From contig OZ244918.1 of the NCBI GenBank assembly GCA_965221865.1, positions 2,664,696-2,728,695 of the forward strand: DNA of 64,000 bases, given 5' to 3'. Positions within the stretch are counted from its first letter, which is position 1, and each line of letters starts with the position of its first letter. A model generated the notes under the pieces. That model worked only from the letters and a program-made list of their open reading frames with translations. It made no database searches and was not told where the DNA came from. Below are positions 29,382 to 38,889 of the stretch, in pieces. Both the position numbers and the translations under genes were made by a program. This DNA is from Candidatus Poriferisocius sp. (lineage in GTDB: Bacteria > Actinomycetota > Acidimicrobiia > Acidimicrobiales > Bin134).

Positions 29382-32212
29382 ACGTAATCTATTTCTTCAG
29401 CAAAATTACTAAATTGTTCTTGATTGGAGTGAGGCTGCAGGTGATATGTAGCTAAAGATTGCGGTGCCACAACATTGGTAATATGCAGTTCCCATTGAAA
29501 CATGGTTAGCATCTCACCGTCAGCGCTTTCAGCTGATTGTGTATCTACAGAGACAGTGGCAGCAAGACCAGGCCGTGCAGCTGTTGGCACTGTGATTCTG
29601 CTTAGATCAAATGAATGATCTACCACACGTGAATTCAAAAGAACCTCAGCATTTGGCCACCAGCCCATACGTCCTCCATATGGGGTTACAGAGGTTAGGT
29701 TTTTGGTGTGTGCTGCCATAGCATCTGTTGCAACTTCTTTTAAGCGTTTTTCCACCCAATCTTGTGCAACCGTAACACCATGTTCGTTGCTTTCCACAAA
29801 TTTAACCCAATCAGTGCGAGCACCAAAAACGGTGCCTTTTCCTTGTCGGTGACGGTGCTGTACTGTTTCGTAGGCAGAGGTGTCTTGTTCGGGTAATTCA
29901 AAACCTGAAACTATTTTATATTGGTAGGCACTTTTCCATGCTTTTTTAATTTCGTGATGTAGTTCGGTTAGCCACCCTGTAGTAAAAATTTGCGCGAGTT
30001 TTTCTCGATCTTCTTCTGAAACTTCGTTGGTCAGAGATGCTGATCCAAGCAACATGCCAGCAGGCAGAGTAACACTGTCAATCCAGCTCAAGTCAGGTTC
30101 TTTGCTTGTAGCGTCTTTTGTTAAATCTCCAAATGGTTCGTGAAGTAGGCGCGCGATTACTCTTTGATGATCAGCAAACTGTCTAACTAACACAGCCATA
30201 CGCAAAAACTCACTAGCGTAATGTAGTAATTGAGCGTCATTATTTTTGCGCTGATAGTTAGCTAGTTCAAGGGCATCCACAGCAGTAATAAAGTTCTTGT
30301 AGATTGATGTGATTTGCAGGAGTGCTATTGCTACTAAGATCAGCACACCGAAAACCACAAGCGGTACTAATGGGAAAGATGTAGGAGGATACAACCTTAA
30401 AGGTGCATTACCTCCAAACAGTGTCTGCCAAATAGTGTTAATAATAGAAAACCGCTGATCTAAAATAAAAAATAAACCTATAAGCAAACTAGCGGCTGTG
30501 ATAACAGCAAAACGGCGAGCATCTCTTTGTGCTTTGATTGCTACATCATATTTTTCTGCTTCATCGTTTTTAAGACAAGCATGCTTGCAGAAATTATCAA
30601 TCACCTCTGCAACTGCATCTTGCAAAGTTTGCTGAAGCCGTAGCACAAACTGTCCGCTTTGGGTGTTTGCGGTTTGAAACTCCTTGTGCTCCGTTTTAGG
30701 TTCTTGGTCTGCAGGTTTAGTTTCTTGTTTGTCAGCGCTTTTTGGGGTCTCAGAGCTTGTAGCATCAGGTGGAGGAAATCTAGAGGTTTTAGGCACATCA
30801 TTGGGTATAGACTTTTTAGGTTGTTCTTCGTTTATAGTCTGTTCGCTAGAAGCGGAGGCTTCCGTGCTTGCAGGTGCGAGAGATTTAGGTTTATTGATTG
30901 GGAATTTGAATCTATATGCATAGCTTTTGGGGGCTTTTTCATTGCTGTTTGTGAGGGAGCTTGCAGTATTTGGAGGAATAATTTTGTGGGTATCTAGCCA
31001 AACAAGCTGAGAACTATTTTGACCTTGAGGTCGTTCAACGCCGTGAGGCAGTTGCCCGCCATCTACCAAGCTAAAACATGTTTGATACAAAGCTTCCCAC
31101 GATTTAGGTGTTGGTTTCTCGGCTTCTGCAGCCACATCCCCGTGTATATCCACACCGCTTTCAATTAAAGCAGCTTCCATCGCTTCTATGCCGCCTGTTT
31201 CGATGAGGTAGCGAATATGTGCTTGCATTGCTTGTTCTCTGGCTACGTAATCAACAGATATATCTTCGGTTTCCGTGTTGGGATCTTGGAACCCTGTGGC
31301 AGTTAATAAACCCCACATAGCCTTCTCGGTATCTGATTGAACAGCAGCAGTAGGCACCGGTTCCCAAAATTTGATGTTGGCAGATTTAAATGGTGGTGAG
31401 GGTTTAGGCGCGTGACAAATAAGCTCCATAACATGAGCGGTTTCAACAGCAACCTGTTTTGGCGGGACTGAGGTAAATGTTGCTGCTTCTGAATTACCTC
31501 CATGTGGAAGAGGCCATGGTGTTGACTGGGGGATAACACCACTTCTTGCTCCGTAGTCTGTGTGTGTTGAACAAATTACCCGCATAGACGCATGGCAAAA
31601 CCTCACCCCCATAATTCCGGCATCATGAGGGGTGATTTCCGTGAACCCTTCTGAAGGGCAATTCCAACCTCCAACAGCGCTCAGCCCTGCTAACAACGCT
31701 TGTGCTAGTGCTGCATCTGATTTCGCATCAAGTGTTTGCGACTGCTGCGAACCAGAGGAGGCAGCACGCCCATCACACACCAAATGAAAATCCCAATACG
31801 AACTAAAAGGTGCATCTCCAGCAGAACCTTCAGGTAGCGCTGGTGCCACCGTAGCTAGACGTAAAGAGTTGCGTAAGCCGGTTGGAAGGACGTTTTGAAT
31901 AGCCTGCAATGCGTAGTCTTCATCTGCGTACTGCTCAGCGGTCATCCCGTAAGGGCGCAGGGACAGCACTGACATTGCTGTAACTTCTTGCTCATTGAAT
32001 ACGGTGCTCAGTGATTGAGTGTGATCACTTTTGCAATGCCATGCTTGAGCTTCGCCTTGTTGCTCACTAGCCTTTCTAAAATCAGTGATAGCGGTGCGTT
32101 GCAAAATACCTAACTTGGCGCACACTCGCAAAAAATCTACTGCTGCTTGAGTGGTTTCTGGCAAAGTAAGCACAAGAACAAACCTGCCAGCGCGCTCAGG
32201 CGACATACTCAT
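29378..32212 (-). CDS. 944-aa hairpin-anchored membrane protein, no recognisable domain
   Basis: Two TM helices at about residues 568-584 and 614-634. KAQRDARR precedes the first helix, which suggests N-in topology. Large domains flank the hairpin. A P/S/E/K-rich linker spans about residues 420-515. 4-nt overlaps on both sides. Confidence 0.7.
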   Translation of the reverse strand: MSMSPERAGRFVLVLTLPETTQAAVDFLRVCAKLGILQRTAITDFRKASEQQGEAQAWHCKSDHTQSLSTVFNEQEVTAMSVLSLRPYGMTAEQYADEDYALQAIQNVLPTGLRNSLRLATVAPALPEGSAGDAPFSSYWDFHLVCDGRAASSGSQQSQTLDAKSDAALAQALLAGLSAVGGWNCPSEGFTEITPHDAGIMGVRFCHASMRVICSTHTDYGARSGVIPQSTPWPLPHGGNSEAATFTSVPPKQVAVETAHVMELICHAPKPSPPFKSANIKFWEPVPTAAVQSDTEKAMWGLLTATGFQDPNTETEDISVDYVAREQAMQAHIRYLIETGGIEAMEAALIESGVDIHGDVAAEAEKPTPKSWEALYQTCFSLVDGGQLPHGVERPQGQNSSQLVWLDTHKIIPPNTASSLTNSNEKAPKSYAYRFKFPINKPKSLAPASTEASASSEQTINEEQPKKSIPNDVPKTSRFPPPDATSSETPKSADKQETKPADQEPKTEHKEFQTANTQSGQFVLRLQQTLQDAVAEVIDNFCKHACLKNDEAEKYDVAIKAQRDARRFAVITAASLLIGLFFILDQRFSIINTIWQTLFGGNAPLRLYPPTSFPLVPLVVFGVLILVAIALLQITSIYKNFITAVDALELANYQRKNNDAQLLHYASEFLRMAVLVRQFADHQRVIARLLHEPFGDLTKDATSKEPDLSWIDSVTLPAGMLLGSASLTNEVSEEDREKLAQIFTTGWLTELHHEIKKAWKSAYQYKIVSGFELPEQDTSAYETVQHRHRQGKGTVFGARTDWVKFVESNEHGVTVAQDWVEKRLKEVATDAMAAHTKNLTSVTPYGGRMGWWPNAEVLLNSRVVDHSFDLSRITVPTAARPGLAATVSVDTQSAESADGEMLTMFQWELHITNVVAPQSLATYHLQPHSNQEQFSNFAEEIDYV

Positions 32213-35200
32213 ACTTCGTCTGCTTCTATGTAGTCAGACTTAAGTGATTCAATGAGTTGTTCGTAAACGGGGATATATAAAACTGCTAGCTCACCTGTCA
32301 GCACACCTTTTTCAGGTGAACCGGTTCTGTCGCGTGGTATGAGTTTTGACGAAATTTGATCGCCACATCGCTTGAAACGATCAATCTGTTCTTTTAGATA
32401 TTGCTCAGCAGATGCGATGCGGTCATCTTTGTTGGTACCAGCAATTTTAGGGTCACATAACGGTTGAAACGAATTGTGATGGCCAGCTTCAAGGTTTTTG
32501 CGAAGCACATCAGATACCGGGTTGGTGATATGCGTGGAACCTATATTGTGGAGAATCTTATATGAGTGTAAGCGGCGTTCTTGTTCCTCGCTGTTTGCGG
32601 CACCGTAACACAAAGCCAAACTTTCAAGTAGTGCGGCTAAGATGTCGGCAGGAATAGGTGGTTGGGTTAGCAACGGCCACGGAAACTCGGCTGTAGAGCG
32701 CCCATCAGGTGAAACAATTTTGCAAGCCCGATCAACCTCAGCGGTCATCAAACCACATAACCGTGCTATAGCAAAGCCACGGATAATGTTCTCTAGGGGT
32801 TCACGGGGTAACGGCACAAAAGCATCCAAGGGTCGCGAACGTCGCCACTGCCAGAAAACCGATGATAGTGTGTCCCCGCTATTTAACACCTCATCTGCTA
32901 TAGGTTCAGTTAGCGAACGTACTGTGAGTGGATGCACGGGCACTTCAAAATAACTAGTCAACATTACCGATGGCATGTCTTTGAGCGCAGGTGACCACTG
33001 TTTTCCCATTTCCCCAATCACATCATTTACAACACCAGCAGCAGGATCACCGTCTTTGAAGGGAAAGGCTTGTTTAATAAAATTGATACGTGGGGGATGG
33101 TTGTCAGCTAGGCACATCATTGGACTGCTTTTCTGCTTAGCCATATACAGATTCTGACGGAACCTTCGCAGCCTTTCTGTGTAATCTACACGATTTTGCT
33201 GAGTATGTGGGTCGACCTGTGATAGGTAGGCAGCAAGCCCCTCTCCCACATATCTGCGATAACTACTACCAGCCCTGTTAGCCCACATCCTAAAGGATTC
33301 CAACCATCGCTCTGCGCTAGCATCGCATTCCAAGGTGGCATATTGCCCTGGTGACCAACTAGAACCACTCTTAGGGCGTAACAATGAGGGTATTTCATCT
33401 AAAAGCCCATTTGGGTGTCCCGCCACCATCAAATATCTGACAGGATCAATTGGCAGATTACCGCATTGCACCCCAGGCTCATTGGCTTCATTGCATAGCT
33501 CCGCTAGCTGTTCCATCCACTGGTCGTGACTCTCTAATGGCAGTTCTATAGCTGATGGATGATATTTCACTGATATTCCAGACTCGCTAGGTTCAGGCCA
33601 TTCAGACACAGGTTCTGTATCTAACTCTTCTAGAAGTGCCTTACCAGTGCTGTTCAACAAACGAAATATCTCCTCCAAAACCTCTTTTTGAGCGTGTTTG
33701 ACAAGGTCGGCAGCAATATTGAGTTGATTAGCTCCCCAGTTGTAAGCTAGCCCCACTGACATTTTGTCTAGTGCATCATCTAAAGATGCATTACCTGGTG
33801 CTAGGTTGCCAGAGGCATATCCAATTTGTTGCAATCCACCATCTACATTGTCATTATACTCGTGCATGTATCTTCTAGCTTTTTCTGCTAAGTTATTCAC
33901 GTGCTTTTGTGCTATAGACATAGCACCTTCTATAGCGCTTACAGCGACTGGTAAAGATGACCATGCTGCTATTTCAGAAACAGCACGACAAGTGTCGAAA
34001 ACTAGTTTTTTACGCCATTCGGTGGCTTCTTGAGCATCAAACAAACGGGCAAAATCGTCTTTGATTTTAGTGGCCTTGTTTTTGACCTGATCTCGCATTG
34101 CTGAAGCGGGCATCGCCTGACTACCAACACCTTCTTTAAGCTGCCCTAATGCTTCAGCACGACGATCCGCCAAGTCCTTCTTACTAGCAAAAAAATCTTC
34201 AACAGCAGCTAAACCACCCCCAGAATCGTTTGCGCGTACTTCAGCTGAAAACACTGCTTGCGCCCGTTCTGAACCTAACTGCTCAACCCAATCTTCATCT
34301 GTGAGTTTAGGGTCCCGTGTCACGCTGAGCCGCAAATGCCCGTTAAGCAACATGCCCATAGCTGTGCGCGCTAATTTATGTTCTGCCCATCGGTTGAAAC
34401 GGTCTCGGCCAACAGAAACCTTAGATACCCCAAATGAAGACAAAACACCGTCTTGACTGTCTTCAGCAAACGGATACCCACCACCAAGCGAGGTAGCTTT
34501 TTGGCTGGAGGCAGCCTGCCAGTTAGCAACAAGAAAGTTGGTAATCTCTTCTTGCACCACATCAGACGTAACCCAAGTTGATAGTGCATCACCTACTGCT
34601 AAATACACTTCAGAAGTTGACTGAAAGCTGGACCCGCCTTGTTGTTCTCGTCCGATCAAAAAAATTGAATGCGGGCCTGTGCCGCGGGTGTTCACAGTGC
34701 GCGGCACCAAAGGTAAATCGTTAAATTGTCCTTCGCGACTCCAGTAAGCAGCGAGCATCTCGCTAATAAATGCAAGCGAGTTAGCAGCCAAACCACTCTT
34801 ATTGTCCATCTCAAATATGTCATTAGACAACAACGCCAGCACGGGATGAGCGCCTGCTGGGTCGATTGCTCGCAACAAAGTGACCACATCAAGCGCCACT
34901 CCTGCCCCTGTCCCACCGCCGATGGATGAACACACTAGCACTAAAGGTTCTTGCAATCCACGTTCCGAATCTGCTGCCACTGCACAGCCAAGATGGCGTG
35001 CCACCGCGTCTAAGCTGTGCTGTGCGCCACGTATTGTTTGAAAAGCGTTACGCAACATATCGTCCACAGAACTGTGAAAAGTATTTAACGCTGCAGCCCT
35101 ACCAATAGCACGGCTTGAGCCGGCACCTTTAGCTAAAGGCACTCTGGCACGTTCAGGATCGGGTATCCACCCGCTGAGATCGCTAGCACGAATCTTGCCT

Positions 35201-35469
35201 CCAGCATCTTGTTGTGCCTCTAGCGACCTATACAAATCAGGGTAAGTGCGGTGTTTGCTGCTTATCGATATGTAGTCGTCAGCAGGTAGTGGTGGGATTT
35301 CAGAAGCGGCTTCTTGTGTAATAGGGGTGTCTATCCCCAAAAAACGCCAGCATTCAGGAATACCAAGCTCCCACTCAACTTCTAGCAAACGCTTATGTAC
35401 AGCTTCGCGTATGTGACGTACTACTTTGGTGCCACTTCCGCCGCACCCCACCATTAGGACTGGCTGCAT
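32209..35469 (-). CDS. giant tubulin/FtsZ-superfamily GTPase-like protein
   Basis: 1086 aa with no signal peptide. It has three motifs in FtsZ order: T1-like VGCGGSGTK (aa 7-15), T3-like KGAGSSRAIGRAAA (aa 114-127; compare FtsZ GLGAGxNPxxGrxAA), and T4 signature SSIGGGTGAG (aa 181-190; compare GGGTG[ST]G). A helical extension of about 730 aa follows. Confidence 0.7.
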   Translation of the reverse strand: MQPVLMVGCGGSGTKVVRHIREAVHKRLLEVEWELGIPECWRFLGIDTPITQEAASEIPPLPADDYISISSKHRTYPDLYRSLEAQQDAGGKIRASDLSGWIPDPERARVPLAKGAGSSRAIGRAAALNTFHSSVDDMLRNAFQTIRGAQHSLDAVARHLGCAVAADSERGLQEPLVLVCSSIGGGTGAGVALDVVTLLRAIDPAGAHPVLALLSNDIFEMDNKSGLAANSLAFISEMLAAYWSREGQFNDLPLVPRTVNTRGTGPHSIFLIGREQQGGSSFQSTSEVYLAVGDALSTWVTSDVVQEEITNFLVANWQAASSQKATSLGGGYPFAEDSQDGVLSSFGVSKVSVGRDRFNRWAEHKLARTAMGMLLNGHLRLSVTRDPKLTDEDWVEQLGSERAQAVFSAEVRANDSGGGLAAVEDFFASKKDLADRRAEALGQLKEGVGSQAMPASAMRDQVKNKATKIKDDFARLFDAQEATEWRKKLVFDTCRAVSEIAAWSSLPVAVSAIEGAMSIAQKHVNNLAEKARRYMHEYNDNVDGGLQQIGYASGNLAPGNASLDDALDKMSVGLAYNWGANQLNIAADLVKHAQKEVLEEIFRLLNSTGKALLEELDTEPVSEWPEPSESGISVKYHPSAIELPLESHDQWMEQLAELCNEANEPGVQCGNLPIDPVRYLMVAGHPNGLLDEIPSLLRPKSGSSWSPGQYATLECDASAERWLESFRMWANRAGSSYRRYVGEGLAAYLSQVDPHTQQNRVDYTERLRRFRQNLYMAKQKSSPMMCLADNHPPRINFIKQAFPFKDGDPAAGVVNDVIGEMGKQWSPALKDMPSVMLTSYFEVPVHPLTVRSLTEPIADEVLNSGDTLSSVFWQWRRSRPLDAFVPLPREPLENIIRGFAIARLCGLMTAEVDRACKIVSPDGRSTAEFPWPLLTQPPIPADILAALLESLALCYGAANSEEQERRLHSYKILHNIGSTHITNPVSDVLRKNLEAGHHNSFQPLCDPKIAGTNKDDRIASAEQYLKEQIDRFKRCGDQISSKLIPRDRTGSPEKGVLTGELAVLYIPVYEQLIESLKSDYIEADEV

Positions 35470-35503
35470 TCGGATATCTGCCTTTCTCCTACTTAAAACA
35501 GGA

Positions 35504-38500
35504 TTAATCTGCTAAAGGATCGTTGGACCACGGATCGTAGTCTGCTAAAGCGTCATTGCTAAACGGATCTGTGGTTGTAGGCGCGGGCTCTGAAAGGGTT
35601 TCTGCTAAAGGATCAGAATCCGTGCCCTTGGGTTCTGCCTGGCTGCTATTGCTACCGCTATTGCTATTGCTGGCGCTAGCATTTTCGGTGTTTTCAGCTT
35701 GGATAGCGTCATATATTAACACAGCCCTATTTTTGGCATCAGCAATATAGTCGGCACGGTCATTTGCTGCTTCTTCAGGCGGTATATCCCAAATAACTAC
35801 TTTTGGAATATCGTCTTTATCCGACACGGCTACCCACTTGTCTGATAGCCGATCTCCAAGCACGGCTACAAGCCTGCCACCTCGCTTTACACGTCTGCCT
35901 TCAGACCAGCAGTCGCCTGTTTGCGATGTTGCGGTAGCAACAATGTTAGGAGCGATTCCTGCTAGAGGGCGTAGCCATGAGGTACGTAAACGAACTAAGC
36001 CCATGTGAGCTTGAGTAGCGCGTTTCACCAACGCGGCGCAAACACCTGGTTCTGCTGCTTGAGGTGAGTCAACAAGCGGCACCACAACATACTCTGGTAA
36101 ACCTATAGGTACCCATCGTCTCCGCCAAACCCCTAAAGCAGCCACCGTGAGCAACAGAACCCCAAGCAACACTAAAAATAACGGCCAAGGGTTACCAGGG
36201 AATGGGATTACTACAGATGCCTGACCTGAAGTTAACGGTGCTGTTTGGTTATTAGCTAGCAAGCGCTCTAGCTGATCGCGGTGATCTTGTGAAGCTTCTT
36301 CATGCCATCGAATATCGTCTAAATGCTTGCGTAAAGCAGTGAAATCAGCATTAACTGTAACCGTCGCGGCTACAGATATATCTTCAACACCTTGTGATTC
36401 GATCTCTAAAGAATCGCAACCCAAGCGCCCTTGCCCCACTGGAGTAGGTGGCCAACCACCCTGTGATGAGCACTCCCACCTATCTTCTCCTAATACGATG
36501 AGAGATGACCCTTTTTGAGGAATGGTTATAATGCCATTAGCAAGATGCGCAGACCAATCACCGCCACCTGCTCCGCCTGATAAACGCAAACGCACATCTA
36601 CATTACGTGTAGCACCGTTGGGAGGCTGTAAACCTGTGACTATTTCTAACTTATTGGGTAGCAGCCGTCCACCACTAGCTTCTACATTTTTCATCCACTC
36701 AACTACTTTTTGGCGGCCTTGACACGCGCTCACATCTTTTCCGAACTTGTTGGCATCTGATCGATCTCTAGCATTTTTAAAAGCTGATGTGATTGGCACC
36801 GGAGGAGATATAGGTCTGCGCCATTGTCTTAGTTCTGGACTTGGACCGTAACTAAATGATTGAATGATTGTGGGTTGAAGCACCACATCTTGCCCGTTGT
36901 CTATAATTTGACTGATATTACCGCCCCCTTGAACACTGCAATCTGGGCTGGTGGGTTTTGTTCGTGGTTTGAGTTCAGCGTCTCTACGAATAAGCGTCCC
37001 TATCATATCTTTAACAGAAAAATCTCCATTTTCTGTGTTAACAGGGATTGGGTCAACAGATATGTCCCCTGTATCGTTTGACCATGTTGGATAGATTAGT
37101 TCAGCTTTTTCTGTCGTCGGTTCAAAAATAGCAGGCGCGAAATGTAAAGAATCACCCTTATTAGAGATTGCAGCGCTCACACTTTTGGGAACATCCACAT
37201 AGCCCACGAGATCGCCCTCACTGTTGATTTCTGCATCCCGAAGCTTAGGTGACTCAGATGATACACGCTTCACCGCAGCAGCTATCTGAGATGCTTCTTG
37301 GCGCCCACGCGAGGTTGTGCCCCAAAACACTACTTTCCATGTTCCCTCCCATTGTGCAGTGTCTGGAAAAGCTGCGCGATGTCCAATCACTTCTTGGCGA
37401 CTGTCATAGGGGCGGAAAACCCAAAAGTTGAAAGGCTGCACATTAACCCATCCCGACTCGTCGGCGTCGGCTGAGCGCACTTGCTCCGATCTTTGCCCAT
37501 CAGGAGAGATAAGTTCAAACCCGATCTCTTTGGGATACAAAATACCGCGCCTTAACTCGGTTTTGTCTATGTACAAGCGAAAAGCATCCACACCTTCATC
37601 TAAAGAAAACGAGTAAATGCATTCATCCGCTACTTGATTAACCTCACACATTGTATATTCTTGCTCGGGCGGTGCAGCGTCTGTTCCGCACTTCTCGCCT
37701 GGCAACTGCCCCTCACAAACCGAAGATGCGATGTGTTCGCCAATAATCTCGTCTAGCTGGCCAGCTAAATCGCTAATGTTTTCATAAGGCTTGTAGCTAC
37801 CGCGCAATGGAACAGGACATGGGTTTGTGCTATCTGCGCCATACAGTCGCTGTAAATGCTCTAACACAATTGCACCAGGTTGGCTTAGCACTGCAGATAA
37901 AACTATGACATTAGCATCTACTGTCATCTGGCTAACTTCAGGGTTACCTCCATCTGCGCCACACAGCTGATTAAGCACCAAGTTTTCAGCAGGCGTTAGC
38001 TCGCCCGGTTCTTCTGTGTCGTGCTCGCCATCTGTAAACCAAACCAACACATTGCAACTAGAGCGTTGTGATTGTTGAAACCTTTGAGCTGCACCTTCTA
38101 AAGCACGCTCATAATCAGTCCATGTAATAGTTGCCCCAATCTTGTCGCGTATTGCAGCGCTAGCAAGACTTCTATTTGCCTCTTCGGTGGTTGACCAGTT
38201 GATGTGTTGGAGGTACTCATCGCTGAACCCGTCTACAGCTACACGAATATCCACGTTGTCCCCATAATTTGTCGATAAGGTTAACAAAGTGGCCACAGAT
38301 CGCACAACCCCTGTAACCCTATGTTTATTGGGGTCGTTCCTTTGAAGACTTGAAGAAGCATCCACCAAAAAGAGTACGTTTACCGCAAACTCTCCATTTG
38401 CCAGAGCCTGACATTGTGAGGCTAAAACAGAGTTTTCGTTATCTTGAGGTTGGGCCACAGACACGCCAGCAAAGCAGGTAGATAAAACTGCGATGCCCAA

Positions 38501-38536
38501 AACTGAGCACACCAAACGAGATAACACTGTAATCAA
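35504..38536 (-). CDS. exported, single-pass transmembrane von Willebrand factor A (vWA) protein
   Basis: 1010 aa with a signal peptide (..FAGVSVAQPQ). MIDAS motifs are VLFLVDASSSL and WFTDGEHD. A TM helix lies at about residues 784-804 and is followed by RRRW. The cytoplasmic tail of about 202 aa ends in acidic DPLA-type repeats. Confidence 0.8.
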   Translation of the reverse strand: MITVLSRLVCSVLGIAVLSTCFAGVSVAQPQDNENSVLASQCQALANGEFAVNVLFLVDASSSLQRNDPNKHRVTGVVRSVATLLTLSTNYGDNVDIRVAVDGFSDEYLQHINWSTTEEANRSLASAAIRDKIGATITWTDYERALEGAAQRFQQSQRSSCNVLVWFTDGEHDTEEPGELTPAENLVLNQLCGADGGNPEVSQMTVDANVIVLSAVLSQPGAIVLEHLQRLYGADSTNPCPVPLRGSYKPYENISDLAGQLDEIIGEHIASSVCEGQLPGEKCGTDAAPPEQEYTMCEVNQVADECIYSFSLDEGVDAFRLYIDKTELRRGILYPKEIGFELISPDGQRSEQVRSADADESGWVNVQPFNFWVFRPYDSRQEVIGHRAAFPDTAQWEGTWKVVFWGTTSRGRQEASQIAAAVKRVSSESPKLRDAEINSEGDLVGYVDVPKSVSAAISNKGDSLHFAPAIFEPTTEKAELIYPTWSNDTGDISVDPIPVNTENGDFSVKDMIGTLIRRDAELKPRTKPTSPDCSVQGGGNISQIIDNGQDVVLQPTIIQSFSYGPSPELRQWRRPISPPVPITSAFKNARDRSDANKFGKDVSACQGRQKVVEWMKNVEASGGRLLPNKLEIVTGLQPPNGATRNVDVRLRLSGGAGGGDWSAHLANGIITIPQKGSSLIVLGEDRWECSSQGGWPPTPVGQGRLGCDSLEIESQGVEDISVAATVTVNADFTALRKHLDDIRWHEEASQDHRDQLERLLANNQTAPLTSGQASVVIPFPGNPWPLFLVLLGVLLLTVAALGVWRRRWVPIGLPEYVVVPLVDSPQAAEPGVCAALVKRATQAHMGLVRLRTSWLRPLAGIAPNIVATATSQTGDCWSEGRRVKRGGRLVAVLGDRLSDKWVAVSDKDDIPKVVIWDIPPEEAANDRADYIADAKNRAVLIYDAIQAENTENASASNSNSGSNSSQAEPKGTDSDPLAETLSEPAPTTTDPFSNDALADYDPWSNDPLAD

Positions 38537-38886
38537 ACTGCCACCAGCAAACTAGCAGCAGACCATGCCAGCAATCCTGCTGCTAGCAACGTTGCCCAAC
38601 TATATATAAGCCTAAGAACATGCGGAGAAGAAGCGTTGTGCTGTCTTTTACCTTGTATCTGAGCTGTAGCAGCGGTTACATGCAGCCCCCAGCACACACA
38701 AAAACAAGCTAGCACCACGCCAAAACTGTTAGACATCAAACCAACGATCACAGCAACAATGAGACTCCCGCCAAGTATCACTTTGCCAAATCCCCGCAAA
38801 GAAACACGGCTAGGCTTTATTGGCGCTGAAGATGTGTGTGCCTGCGCCCACCGATCACCTGAAGATTGTGCTAGAGGATCAGGCAT
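38533..38886 (-). CDS. small three-TM membrane protein (first long gene of the operon)
   Basis: 117 aa with three hydrophobic helices and an N-terminal MPDPLAQ. It overlaps the vWA gene by 4 nt. Confidence 0.55.
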   Translation of the reverse strand: MPDPLAQSSGDRWAQAHTSSAPIKPSRVSLRGFGKVILGGSLIVAVIVGLMSNSFGVVLACFCVCWGLHVTAATAQIQGKRQHNASSPHVLRLIYSWATLLAAGLLAWSAASLLVAV

Positions 38887-38889
38887 CGA

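Noticed and set aside
30601-30997. ORFs 30601..30801, 30659..30997 and 30684..30923
   Set aside because: They are alternative-frame or antisense ORFs within the low-complexity linker of the 944-aa gene.
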